A stretch of 60,911 nt of DNA, filler included, from Asterionella formosa (taxonomy: Eukaryota): NCBI GenBank assembly GCA_002256025.1. It is 12 parts of 12 records of this genome, joined end to end, with 100 filler letters (N's around TTAATTAATTAA, not from the genome) between each part and the next. Parts side by side here need not be neighbours in the genome. Positions count along the whole stretch, not along the records: positions 20,373 to 25,359 come from NKIB01013269.1; positions 25,460 to 30,444 come from NKIB01013270.1; positions 30,545 to 35,526 come from NKIB01013271.1; positions 35,627 to 40,607 come from NKIB01013272.1; 8 more parts are not named here. One strand, written 5' to 3'. Position numbers and translations under genes: made by a program. Below the pieces are notes generated by a model. That model saw only the letters and a list, made by a program, of their open reading frames with translations. It was not told the origin of the DNA and did no database searches. Shown piece by piece: positions 24,701 through 37,029 of this stretch (position 1 is its first letter; the number at the start of each line of letters is the position of its first letter).

Positions 24701-25772
24701 TCGTGTGGGTTGTTTTTTGTTTTTGTTTTCTTTAGGCTATATAGACAATTCCAAGTTTAGGAATTATGAGTGAGTTTAGTTTGTTTTGTTTATGGTAGGA
24801 AAATATAGTGTGTTTCGTTAAAACTGGTAGTGTCTTTTTGGGGTGCTATACTCTGGACATATTGGTGTATTGGTTAATATGTATATTGTGTTGATATTTA
24901 TACTAAAGTCATTTGTCGAATATTTTATATATTGACATTATTGCTTGTCTAGCATCTAAAGCTAATGATATGTTGAAGTTGCGGGGTTAGTATAGTAAAG
25001 AAAGAATGAATATTCATCTAAACTTGCCATAAATGTATATGCGGGCATACTAGTAGTAGACAGGCTGTATGTACACATGGTTGTTTGTTGTGATTACCAT
25101 GACATATAATTACTTATTGGCAGTTGATGCTTTTCCTTATAGCAGCCTATATTGCAATATTTTGTAGTGCCATAGGCTAGGTGACGATGGCTGTTGTAGG
25201 TGTAGGTGCACTACCAACTTAAGTTCGTGAGATGTTTGGATTGAAACAAAATGGTTTGGGTTGAAATGTTTGGTTTTGGTTTGTTTAGAAATTATGCTGT
25301 TATGGGTGTGAAAAAACTGGTTCCAAGCTAGGTTGAGTGGCATTTGTGTATGCCCATATNNNNNNNNNNNNNNNNNNNNNNNNNNNNNNNNNNNNNNNNN
25401 NNNTTAATTAATTAANNNNNNNNNNNNNNNNNNNNNNNNNNNNNNNNNNNNNNNNNNNNCCCAGCAGCGACATGATTCCCGTGGAGACTGTGAGAGCAAG
25501 CCCAAAGGAAAAAGAAGCCTTCAACATTTCCGAGTTGAGAACCCTTGTGTTGTGTTATAAACGTGATGGTGATGCAGCTATTCCAAACAAACTACAGGAG
25601 CTTCTTGAAAGGTATATTGCAACTTTTATGAGAGAAGAATTGGCCAGTCCCTTCCCTTTGACAGTGGTGGTGCAGGTGGGAAGAGAGGAGGGGGTTACAG
25701 GACTGTGAAGCAGTGTTCAGCAATGAATTCTCATTGCAAGAACTATATTATGTTTTTTTGAGTGATATCATT

Positions 25773-25938
25773 ATTATTATGAAACGTTGTAATCTGTCGT
25801 CCCTGTAGACCATAAATTAATTCTAGCTACTGTGGTTTTAAGATGTTTTAATATACCATTATTATGAAACGTTGTAATCTGTCTTCCCTGTAGACCATAA
25901 ATTAATTCTACTGTGGTTTTAAGATGTTTTAATATACC
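25773..25938. repeat. Near-perfect tandem duplication, about 85 bp x2
   Basis: ATTATTATGAAACGTTGTAATCTGTC.TCCCTGTAGACCATAAATTAATTCTA...TAATATACC occurs twice. Confidence 0.9.
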
Positions 25939-27184
25939 ACTTTGAACCTCTTTAATGGGTAAATGTGTCATCATATACATTCATATCTTCTGTTGTCAAT
26001 GGGATCTGGTGGAACCATTTGTCCAATCATAATCCCCCACCTCTCGTTGGTAACATCTGGAGCATCAAAGATGATTGAAATGAATCCATATAGGAACCCG
26101 CAAAAAGACTGTTTGTCATTGGACAATGTCTGTGAGTCGCTACAAAGTACCCTGGTACAAAGCCCACCTGATATCTGGTATCAGGTACCAGTCGCTACAA
26201 AGTACCAGGTACCCTCATGTTAAAGTATTACCTTTTTGATAGATCTATATCATTAGACAAAGAAGACTATAGATAGAGATGTTCATTTCTCTTTCCGTTT
26301 CTATATTCTTATTGTGAGTTTACTAATCTAGTTTAGGTTGTTCTGTTTGAACAAACAAACGATCTATTCTCCAAATGCTGTTTGCATTTCTAGAAACATA
26401 CAATCATAGATAGACCCATGTCTATCTCACACTTACTGATTATAGGTATTTAACCATGATCATTCATTTTCAAACTATTGGTCTTCCGAAATAGCTTATA
26501 TTGTCTGGCTCATTATACCGGTAGTTGGAGTAACAAGGTAGAATGTGTGGTTGATGAGAGCTTGGTACATCAAAGTTGACTCATTCGAATAATCGTTTGA
26601 CTCGTTTGACTTCGAGTCCTAACTACCGGTACGTAGATGAGCTCACTGTAACACCCTCATACAAAGCCCACTGGGTGCTAGGGTACCAGGTACCAGGAAC
26701 GGTACTTGGTACAGTACAAGTGTATTTGCTGGTCGTAAGTACTGGTGGCTGGCACCTGGTACCCTGGTACCTCATGAAATCAATACCTTTGAGGAATGTT
26801 CCGCAACGGTTCGAATGCTCCTATGGGGTCGACCAACTACAGAATTGTCGGAGTTGAAAAATTGATATTCGGAGTGGACATTCCGAGGATGCCCACCTCA
26901 TTGGACGGTTTCAATAAAACTACTTATCCTCGCCGTTTAAAAAAAGAATCGGAGTACCGGTACCGGAACCGGTACAGACTACCGGCACCGGTATCCGAGT
27001 TTGATTGTATTTGAAAGGAGAAAGTTTAATAAATATCCAGAGGAAGGATCATGTTAGCGGAAGACATGTGAAGCTGTCTATTTATGATACCGGTACATGT
27101 TGGATATCTGATGTGTTCTGTCAAATCAATATAATGGAAGCTATCTCGACAGTGGGATTACATCTGCACCGTTGATTTCGGGAA

Positions 27185-27405
27185 AGGTGATCGCATGATC
27201 ATGAGAAAAGCGACCAATTACGCGTTGATTTAGCTAGGACGGGCCCTCGCTATAAATGTTAGTTATCAAATAAATATTATATAAAGTTATTTCGACATTG
27301 GGAGTACATCATCACCACAGATTTCGGTACAGGTGATCGCATGATCATGAGAAAAGTTAGCGATAAAGATTATGCATCGATTCAGCTAGGATGGGCCCTT
27401 GCTAT
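27185..27405. repeat. Imperfect direct repeat (about 70 bp, copies near 27185 and 27331)
   Basis: AGGTGATCGCATGATCATGAGAAAAG...GATT.AGCTAGGA.GGGCCCT.GCTAT occurs twice. Confidence 0.75.
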
Positions 27406-27565
27406 CAGCATTTAATCCGTCAAATAATACAGTGCCGTAACAGTTAAGGCACTTCTTGAGATAACAACTTAGGACTGCTTAAATTCCAACAGTTGTGTCG
27501 TTGCAGTCGTTCTTGACTGCATTAATATTGGTGCGTGGTTGAACTGTAATCAAGAATTCTGTCTT

Positions 27566-29008
27566 TTACCACCATGTAACGTAGGAAATCGCTGCGTCAA
27601 CAACAGATACGAAAGTAAAAACTGCGATTGCAGGAATTAGAAGCAAGATCATTACAATGGCGTGTTGGTTTAAATACCATTCTGATAGCTTCTGAGGTAG
27701 GTCAACCCATAGAGACACGCCTTCGTCTGTGTAGGTTTCTTCGCCAATGCCAAACATACGTGAATAAACACGATGAGGAGCCTGAGAAAGGTGGGACAGG
27801 TATTGGAAGCTTATCGGGGTTTTATATCCTCCAATTATGAGGTGACCTGAGTCTTGGAGAACGACATAGCTAGATGCCATTATGCCACTGACCACAATTG
27901 TACCTGCGCCTGTGAACGGAGCGTAGACCCCTTGACGAAGCACCTTCGCAATCTCCTCGACCATCACATATTTCCCAGCGGCAGTCTCGAGGTGATCTCC
28001 GACTACAACATGTGATGCAGGAATAAAACCACGTTCAATCACCTTGACCAGGTGATTCCCGGTGATCTCCAGTCCAGTCGGAAGGAGCTGAAGGAACTCG
28101 GCCTCCACAGAGTGATGCTTGTGTCCAAACGAATATACCTTACTGTACGTACCAGCAGCAACCAGAACTTCGTCGTCGAGGGCAAGGTCTTTCATCTTTG
28201 TAGTTCCCTTGTTCTTGACTTCGACCGATGTCTCACTCGAAAAACAAGATTTGAACGAAGGAGCGCTCTGAACCCCACTTTGGCCAGTCGTGCAGTATCC
28301 GGGAGCAAAAACTGCGTTTGTATCGGACCGAGTGCACACTCCAGTACAGCAGTCACCATATGCGCTACATTTTTGACCTGTTGCCAGACAAGCCGTAGTG
28401 GTTGAACCGGAACCGCCGCTGGAAGGGCCACTGTAGGTAATGGAGGTGCCCTGTGCGACCGATTGTAGAATGAAGTTGGAAACGTACCACTCCGACGATC
28501 CATAGCTGTAAACAGTTGACACAACTGTAGTAACATCCATATCGAGTGATTTTCCGGCCTGGGGAACATAGAGGGTTCCTGTAATCTCAGTCTTGACACT
28601 GCGACTGTTGTGACATAAACCACCGACGTTGATCATTTGGCAATATTGTGCAACCTGCACGTCTCCGTCTGAAGTGCTCAGGGCGTCTCCCATATCGGCT
28701 CCTGCGTTGTCTGCTAGTCGGATCAAAAATCCTCGCATGATATCTTGAGTGGCGACAAGCCTGATGGTGTGTCTCACTCCAGCGGTGAATTTAAATGCAG
28801 TATCTTCGTAGACCTGGTGACTGTCGATGTATAGCTTAAAGCCAGCACTGGAAATGCGTCCTCCACCAGAGTTTCGAGTTGATGCATGGGCTCCTTGAGC
28901 AACAGCTTGTCGTCCGGATAAACATGATTGGGTTCCTTGAGGAAACGCCGACACCATGTATGGTACGAGAGCGACAAGGGAGATGACTTGCACCAGATAG
29001 GAGAGCAT
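27566..29008 (-). CDS. Secreted/membrane protein with a Reeler-like domain, a small Cys-knot motif and a Hedgehog-type Hint domain, about 480 aa
   Basis: Signal peptide from the ATG at 29008. Reeler-like FPQG...C...H, RGFLIR, C..CHNS..K. Cys motif CLATGQKCSAYGDCCTGVC. Hint blocks SCFS, ITGNHL and GVYAPFT..GTIVV.GI.ASSY at about 28246-27866. Hydrophobic C-terminal helix. Confidence 0.85.
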   Translation of the reverse strand: MLSYLVQVISLVALVPYMVSAFPQGTQSCLSGRQAVAQGAHASTRNSGGGRISSAGFKLYIDSHQVYEDTAFKFTAGVRHTIRLVATQDIMRGFLIRLADNAGADMGDALSTSDGDVQVAQYCQMINVGGLCHNSRSVKTEITGTLYVPQAGKSLDMDVTTVVSTVYSYGSSEWYVSNFILQSVAQGTSITYSGPSSGGSGSTTTACLATGQKCSAYGDCCTGVCTRSDTNAVFAPGYCTTGQSGVQSAPSFKSCFSSETSVEVKNKGTTKMKDLALDDEVLVAAGTYSKVYSFGHKHHSVEAEFLQLLPTGLEITGNHLVKVIERGFIPASHVVVGDHLETAAGKYVMVEEIAKVLRQGVYAPFTGAGTIVVSGIMASSYVVLQDSGHLIIGGYKTPISFQYLSHLSQAPHRVYSRMFGIGEETYTDEGVSLWVDLPQKLSEWYLNQHAIVMILLLIPAIAVFTFVSVVDAAISYVTWW

Positions 29009-30030
29009 GATGAATTTCGAATGAAGGAGAATATGAGAGGATGAAGGTGCACCAGGCTGAAATTCGAAACTCAAAATCAGGCCTATGAAAAAGTGGTGCC
29101 GATTGAATGAGTAGCATTACTATCTGACGCGTTATGCTTGAAACTCCGACCTCTCAAGCTGGCAATCTTGGCAAGAATATTTCGCTATTTGACTTACAGA
29201 AGAAATTGTGCGATTCACATAAGTAAAACTCATTCTACCCTCTAAGTGACCTGAAATCCAACGGAGATATAAGTATTCAGATCATATATATCCAGTCAGT
29301 TGAAATAGTTAGCCACTGTGCAGTCTTAATAAACATTTGAATTTTTCAACAAAATAATAAGTTTGCGTGCGCACTAAGACACAGCAACGGTAATTGGCGG
29401 GCTCCTTCCTGGCCAATAATTTTTTGTTACAGCTTTTTGAAAGACTAAAAAAGGGATTTCTCGTAGAATCCTACAAACATGCTCGCTAATGTGTGTAGCA
29501 TCCGGCAGTTCAGTTTTGAACTTAATGTGACGGTGATCACGTAGCGCGCTGGCCTGGCTGAACGATCGTTATTGAAATTGTCCATGTACGTAGTCGACAA
29601 ATTCCTTTCCACGTGAAATTTAGAATATATAGGAAAATACCAGTACCGCAATACAAAAGTGCCGAGAATGCACCTGCAAAGTAGATCGGCAGGTGACCTA
29701 ATAGTCATTGCCTCGCTTCTTGTAGATACAAAATATCGCCAATTGGAAATTCCCTTTGTACAGGTGAAATACGTATCAGTCAGAGTACGGGTACTAGGTA
29801 CTCCTTCCTACCTGTAAACAATTTGTCCTTGTACACATTTTTGATGTACACGACACAACTACCGTACTGTACCCAAGCTCGATTTTCAGTTCGATATCGA
29901 CCTGAAAACCGCCGGCGTGTCGACGTTCACATCGTCACTATGTGGTAATTACATTGGTTGTAAATACCGGTCGTAGCTGAGTTAAGCGTCGTTGGTTGTT
30001 GGGCTACCGATTTTTTTTGTACACCGAAGG

Positions 30031-30150
30031 TAAGGCCGGTGCTAACCGTGGACCAAAACCAAAACCCCAAGACAAAATTTTGGTTTGGTTTTTGGCTTGC
30101 TTCGGTCAGACTGACAAAAAAACGATCCTAACGGTTCTTGGGAAAACTTA
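30031..30150 (+). mobile_element. Putative PIF/Harbinger-like transposon terminus
   Basis: TAA-GGCCGGTGCTAACCGTGGACCAAAAC...AAAAAACGATCCTAACGG matches the terminus at 42289-42200 (minus). TAA followed by GGCC is the typical PIF/Harbinger TSD/TIR junction. Confidence 0.5.
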
Positions 30151-30544
30151 TGTAAACGCTGTCAGTCACCCATCGACTGTGTCGTATCTAGGACGACAAA
30201 AATATGATAAAATTTTTTGGAATTCACATGCACCATGTTGTGCTTACATTGTTTACAGCTCTTAATTTCGTTTCGTCACTGCAATCAAGAGAAGGAAATG
30301 AGAGATGATGATAGTTCGATTGTTTTTCGACTAACGGTAGAAATAGTACAGCTTTACTTACTAGCGAATATGACATAAAGTCACATGATGATTCATGAAA
30401 AACACATGACGAAGCTAGTAAATTCTGGTTCCACTATACTGTTCNNNNNNNNNNNNNNNNNNNNNNNNNNNNNNNNNNNNNNNNNNNNTTAATTAATTAA
30501 NNNNNNNNNNNNNNNNNNNNNNNNNNNNNNNNNNNNNNNNNNNN

Positions 30545-30828
30545 TTCAATCGTTTGTCTATTTGGAGACTGGTGTCAGGATTGGTTCCAAGGTGGACTAC
30601 ACGGTCGACCTATTCACTTGCATTGGCAGTGTAATTTTGATGCATCACGACAAGGCTATCTTGGAAGCCGACGTTGCCCTCGTCCGGCAACTTGAAAAAG
30701 ACAACAAAATTTTTGAATACGAACCTGAAATGAACTTGGTCAAATCATTCAGCAAGCTTAATTTGTCTGACAACAGTGATTATCACATCAAGAACGTAAT
30801 TTCTTCGGACCGCAACGACCTGTTCTAA
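30545..30828 (+). CDS. C-terminal end of an ATP-grasp ligase (5' truncated), homologous to the gene at 33804
   Basis: QSFVYLETGVRIGSKVDYTVDLFTCIGSVILMH aligns with PSFVYLESGVKEGDEVDYTTDLITCVGSVILMH in 33804-35526. Confidence 0.85.
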
Positions 30829-32919
30829 TCTCGCCCAGGTTAATTCTTGATCTTTCATTTTCATTACATTGAAGCGACGCTCCACTTTTTGGTTTTTCCT
30901 TCCTATTTTTGTGTCAATTTTTCCTTGTGGAGTCCATGAAAACCCCGTTATTTTTTAATAGTTTCAAGTTTTCAAATTTCTTCAAGTCATATTTATTTTT
31001 CGAGTCAGATACTTGCTGGACGTTGACCAGATCAACGATGCAAACAGGATTCGAAATGCAAAAGTGACACCTAAGGGTACCACATCATGACCAATTGGTG
31101 AAAGTTTCTGTGTATTGTGCATGCAATGTTAGCCTCTAGTTGAAAGTGAGCTCCCTGACGTTTTGGGTTCTTCCTCAAATCCTAATCTCCAAGGCAATAA
31201 GTAGCCTATTCATTCTGCAATGTGTGTGCTGTTTTATCCCAATATGCCTGTTGCCTAATGGTGGCAGTACCCACTGTATTTTCGTTTCGTTGGGGAAACC
31301 ACTCGATAGAGCGATTCAACCGCAGCCAACAGAGCGAAGCACATCAATTCCTGGACCTTGTCAACCATGTACGAAGCGATTGTCAGCGAGCACACCGATC
31401 CGCCCAAACATCAACGCTACAGTTAACATTCGGTAGCACGAGTAAATAGAATTATGCATTATTTCTGATCTTGATTGCAAAGTAGAAATCAAAAACTCAA
31501 TATATATATTTGTAAAACAAAGAACAGTATTATGGTGGATGCAAAATATGTCATGACGAAACTCAGCTGGAAAAGAGGGGGAAAGAAACGAACAATGTGG
31601 GAATCGGACCGGAGCGTAAGGCTGAACAAGTGAAGGAAGAATTTGGAGCGGTGGAATCGTCTTGCTACCTGGATGTTGTGGAGGCTTGTGTATGATTTTC
31701 GTTGATGGCGAGGTGTCTACGCATTTACCCGGTGGTATGGCTTGAGGTTGAATAGCACTACTTCTTTCTGTTTTCTTTCCCCAAATCTTCGAACACGACA
31801 TTTTCGTGTGTGGAACAATTCTTCAGATGAGCTCCTATAACATTGTTTTTCCTTCGGGTGCAACGCACGAAACCATCGTTTTCGTGCACAAGACTTGGAG
31901 AGGGAGAGAAGAGGAATTAGGATTCACCATTGAAAGTATCAAAATCTGTGCATGTCGAGATTCATAAAACATCAAATCAACTAAATGTTCAATGATTTCA
32001 AATCTCATCAAATGCTGGCACTTTGACGCGTAATTGCTGTTTTTGAGCTTGCCATAGTGATTGAACCAATATTTCCTGATCCGGAAAAATCCGTACTCTT
32101 CTAGTCAAAACCAGTTTTGTACCTGTCATTTGAAGGGCAATAGAAGGTTGGGGCGCCCGATCCTGTTGAAGGAGGGTTTCCGCGTGGGTTCCAACACCAT
32201 TTGATATCAAGTCTTCCATGAAAATCGACCGACTCATGTGTCATTCGACCCTCCAATACCTCAAACATTTCTGCGGACTCTCTCGGACTTGACATTTTCC
32301 GCGAGGAAAATCCTAACCACTTTCGGATCACAACGAATTCATCAGCAACTCGGGCAAATTAAAAAAATCTTTGAACGGCAGGACAGTTAGAGAAGATTCA
32401 ACTACCGGGGAAGGGAGAATCACATGCTCGATGACGTTGTGCATTGCTGGATGCAATTAAAGCAAACAAATTTGAAAATGCAATCAGAGAAGCATTCGAT
32501 CAAGGCAGTTCGTCACGACATGATTGCTTTCACGCTCTCGTGAGAGATTTCCAGATTTTGTATGGAATGTTTTTCGCACGAATGGGTCCGCTGTCCGGAG
32601 TACCAGGTACCGAGTACTGTACTTACACTCGGCGTACACTGCCTTCCGGTATTATCGGTGTGAAGCAAACAATGTGAACAATGGAAAATCTACCAGTATG
32701 AACCTTGGCTGCATCCATTTTTGGTTAACAATGGGGGGAGTCCCTTCAAGTTGCGGAAATTTTGCTTTATCTAATAATTTAATATCGGATAAAGATAGCT
32801 AAACTTATAGTTTTGGCAAAATTACCGCAACTTGCTGTAATTGTGCTGAAGGTAAATATTTAGCTTTCTTTATCCTATATTAAATTGTTCATAAGCAAAA
32901 TGACCCTAACTTGCTGGAA

Positions 32920-33260
32920 CCCGGTGCCTGGTACCAGTAGTCAACTACTACCAGCTACCTTCCACGTACAAGGAGCTACATCCGCACATTATTCTCGGTC
33001 TGTAGGAGTATTCCGTCCCTCAGGACACCGGTATGCCGCTATCAGGTACCAGGGTACCAGGTACCAATTCCAGTACATATTTTTGGCTGCGCGTCTGAGA
33101 CTCCAGGGACCAGGTATCTGGTACTGGTACTATGAGTACCGGTAGTATGAATGACAACCTCGACGGAACTGCACCATACGCACTGGTACATAGTGCTTCA
33201 TAACAAAGAATGCGGGTACACGCAGTACCAGTTACCTGGTCTACCGGTACCGGGTAGTCC
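32920..33260. repeat. Dense cluster of GGTACC(A/T)G / CCGGTA short motifs (one of many intergenic clusters)
   Basis: CAGGTACCAGGGTACCAGGTACC at about 33043-33065 plus many GTAC-centred variants; similar clusters occur in other contigs. Confidence 0.7.
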
Positions 33261-33803
33261 ACTAAATACCGGAATCGAGCTTACATCATACAGCCACAAC
33301 TGTTGTATTTTCACTTTGGTTTATACTAAAATTCATGCATGTGTATTTATGAAATCATTCCAATATGTTAACATCGTAGGTTGCGTTGGTACAGATGTTT
33401 ATATTAACAACAAAAATATATACCGGTATGATGATGATAATGGAGTCAAAATTGAAATTTACCGACACTCATTTACTTACGTATAGTTTCTTGTCACATT
33501 TTACATGTATATTTTATGAGAAGCAAATAAATGCAAATATACACCACATCTTTTCATCAATTTGTATCTTGCATCTGGTCGCAGCCAACCATAAAATATT
33601 TTGCATTCCCATTCTCAACATTTTCATTTTTGGTAGAGAACGCGCTGATCGAATCTTAACAATTTAATCAAATTCTTTCTCATCTTGCAAACGTTGTTGG
33701 GAAACTTCTGATCACCCGCAACGTCGTCGTATCTCATCTTTATTGAGCAGTATCAGCTACTTGCCCAGCCCAACGAACCTCACTCACAACAAGATTTCTC
33801 AAC

Positions 33804-35526
33804 ATGCCTCCACTTCCTACAACTCTCGATCCAACACCGGATCAAGAGGTGGTGATCGTTGTCGACCCATACTCCACAGGATGCTTGATTGTCCGTGAAT
33901 TCAAATTGCGCGGCTACCTCGTTGTCGCTCTCTGGACGTTTGGGTTTTCCGAAGAAATGAAGACACATGTCCCTACCGCATGTGGTCATTTGGAGTACTT
34001 GGCATATGTTGACGAAGTCGAGAATTCATTAGATGCTACCGTGGCGAGTCTCCAAGCCGCGTGCGGCATGCACAAAATGGTGGCATGCTTGGCAGGAGGT
34101 GAGGCCGGTGTGGATTTGGCTGATGCACTTTCGGAAAGGTTAAGTCTCCTAACTAATGGAACGGATACTTTTCGAAGAGACAAGAAGATACAACAAGAGC
34201 TCGTTAAAGCTGCAGGACTACGGTCGGTCCGGCAAGCCGGAGGTGCCACCTTTGATGAAGTGGAAAGCTTTCTTCGAACGGAAGAATTTCCGGTTGTACT
34301 GAAACCAACGGCATCGGCCGGGTCAGACGGTGTCAAGTTGTGTCACAATTATAACGAAGCGAAGGAGCACTTTGAGCTCTTGATGAAATCTCAGATGGTT
34401 AACGGAGGGGATTGCCCCGCTGTTTTGTGTCAGGAGTTCTTGCGCGGGAAAGAGTACGTGGTCGACCATGTATCTCGCGACGGTGTGCACAAGACCTGCA
34501 TGGTATGGGTGTACGACAAACGACCTGCAAATGGATCAGCGTTTGTGTACTTTGGTTGCGTTCCCATCAATTCAGAATCTCCAGAAGCCAAGATTTTGAT
34601 TCCATATGTAAGAGGTGTCCTGGATGCCTTGGGCGTCAAAAGCGGACCATCCCATGGCGAAGTCATGATGACTCCAGATGGTCCTTGCTTGGTTGAGATG
34701 AATTGCAGAGCCCATGGAGGTGATGGAAACTGGCGTCCTCTATGCCGAGCTTTGACAGGCGGGTACTCACAAGTCGAGGGGACAGTAGATGCCTACATGG
34801 ACCCCTTTCAGTTCAACAAAATTCCCGATAAACCCCCATCGCCCTTCAAGGCGGCTGGTCAGGAAGTCATTTTGGTATCATATTCTCGCGGGAAGGTGCA
34901 GGCAACTCCTGGTTTCGAAGTCATAAAGCATTTACCATCCTTTGTATACCTAGAGAGTGGAGTCAAAGAGGGCGACGAGGTCGACTATACTACTGACCTC
35001 ATCACCTGTGTAGGCAGTGTCATTCTCATGCACCCCGACGAAGAAGTCTTGAAGAAGGACATTGAGTTTATCAGATACATGGAAGAAATCAACGGTCTCT
35101 TTACCTATGAGACAAAGTTAGAGAACTTGAAGAGACCCACCGCCGACACGCATGTTACTTTTTCTGACCAAAGCGACTACTCTCAACGCCGTGCCTTTTC
35201 GGGTGATGGTCCAACGTTGGTTCGTCACATGTCGAACGATCGACCTGAGCTTCGCATGCTTCGTCGTATCATGACAACTGTAGATGCCTCCAAGGAAGCT
35301 GTCGTTATGGTTGATCCATACTCAACCGGATGCTGCATTGTCGACGAAATACTGAAGCGTGGTTACCATGTTATATGTTTGTGGACGAAGGGATTCAGTG
35401 AAGAAATGAAACAACATATTCCCCTCAGTTGCGTCGGCAAGATGAGGTACCATGCAGAAGTTGATGAGGAAGATGAGTTGGCCGATACAGCAAAGGCTGT
35501 ATACAAGGCAGCTGGAACATTCCGCA
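33804..35526 (+). CDS. Tandem double ATP-grasp amino-acid ligase (DdaF/NikS/carnosine-synthase-like), 3' truncated
   Basis: VIVVDPYSTG, GGEAGVDLAD, RRDK..QQ, PVVLKP..SAGSDGV, QEFLRGKEYVVD, GPSHGEV, LVEMNCRAHGG. A second module begins VVMVDPYSTG...WTKGFSEEMK.H.P. Confidence 0.9.
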
Positions 35527-37029
35527 NNNNNNNNNNNNNNNNNNNNNNNNNNNNNNNNNNNNNNNNNNNNTTAATTAATTAANNNNNNNNNNNNNNNNNN
35601 NNNNNNNNNNNNNNNNNNNNNNNNNNACCAACAAGGCATATCAGAACGTCATAGAATTGAACGATCAATTGTCACAAAGGTTGTAAGTTTTATTTATTGG
35701 TCAATGAACTCAATCACTACAAAGATTGTAATTCGGTTCAAAACTTTTCCATCTTCTATTTCAGCAGCCTTATCAGAATGTCGTTCCCGTTTAGCTAAAA
35801 TTGAACCATCAATTGTCCCAAAGGCTGTGAGTTTTATTTTCAAAACCAAGAAGTTTTCCTGTGAAAATGTAAGTTCGATGTTATACTTCGTGAATTGCAG
35901 GTACTGTAAAACAGGCAGAATATCAATCAAATGTGTTTTTTCTGGTCCCAAAAGAGAATCAAACATCCCACACTATCTGGTCCAAGTAGTATGAAAGGCA
36001 TTTCCAATCACAAACAGGATTGGTTTTCCCAATGTTGCCTAACTCGGCTATACACAGTGAAACCAGAGTTAGGCAAAGAATTGGAGACTGACCCAGAGCT
36101 TGCCGATCTCATATGGAATGGTTCCGACGCATTACTTCCAATGAATCAGACCATTGAACATACCAACAAGGCACGTTTAGATCACATCAAATATACATTT
36201 GGTGGAATGTGCATTATAAAGTTGAGAGAATGTCAGAATGTATTGAATAATCAATTTAAAGGAATCTTAGGTAAGTTCTTGCAGGGCGGGAGATGCTCTG
36301 AAAGCATGATGTTTTGAGTCAGTGATTCTATTCTTATCAAATATGTTTGAATTAAAAATGCTAACATAATTCATGACACATCAGCTGGTCTAACAGATTA
36401 TAACTTCCAAACTATGGATATTGATGACTTTATTAGGTGAGCGTTCACGCTTTATCGTTTTGCGCAGTCAAAGCGCATTGACAGGGGAAGCCAAGGATAC
36501 CAAGTCTGGCGCGATGTTCGTGCTCCAGTGTATTTTATAGGCAGGACAAGCCGTGGAGAACCATTTTTAACAGGAGGCAAATCTGGTGTGACCAATTTTC
36601 AACTAAGTCTTCGGTCACAGTGTGAATCGCAATCACGTTTTGTTGGTTCGCTGATCAATGCCAGTGCAGGAGCATTTTTTTGCTTCTTGGTGCTGAAAGG
36701 AAAATTTTGACTGCAAAAAAATATTTGGGTTTCAATCCAGATACCCGTGAAATTTCAGAGAACGATATTTGTCATTTTACTGATTTTGTCGACATTGGTG
36801 GGAAACCACTTATCAAAAAAGTGTGAGGGAAGAAAGTTAAGTTTCAAATGGTTTCACTGATCAATGGATTGATGATTTACTCGTTTATTGATACCTCCAT
36901 TTTTACTACTATGGTGGAGTGATAATTTCACGACTCTGTATTGTCCAGCACAGCATATTGGAGTGATGCTAAATTTATTATTAATAATTCATTTTCATTC
37001 TATCCTGTTCATATCCTGACTTGGTCATC

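Noticed and set aside
25472..25708. Short ORF resembling the C-terminal tail of diatom TE-associated proteins
   Set aside because: Truncated at the contig start and the resemblance is too weak to support a call.
31100..32700. Possible decayed gene or TE between the ATP-grasp copies
   Set aside because: Only short broken ORFs; no motif I can assign.
35527..35582. ORF tails reading XXXX-LIN (also at 20317, 40663, 55886)
   Set aside because: These are translations of the artificial spacer, not protein.
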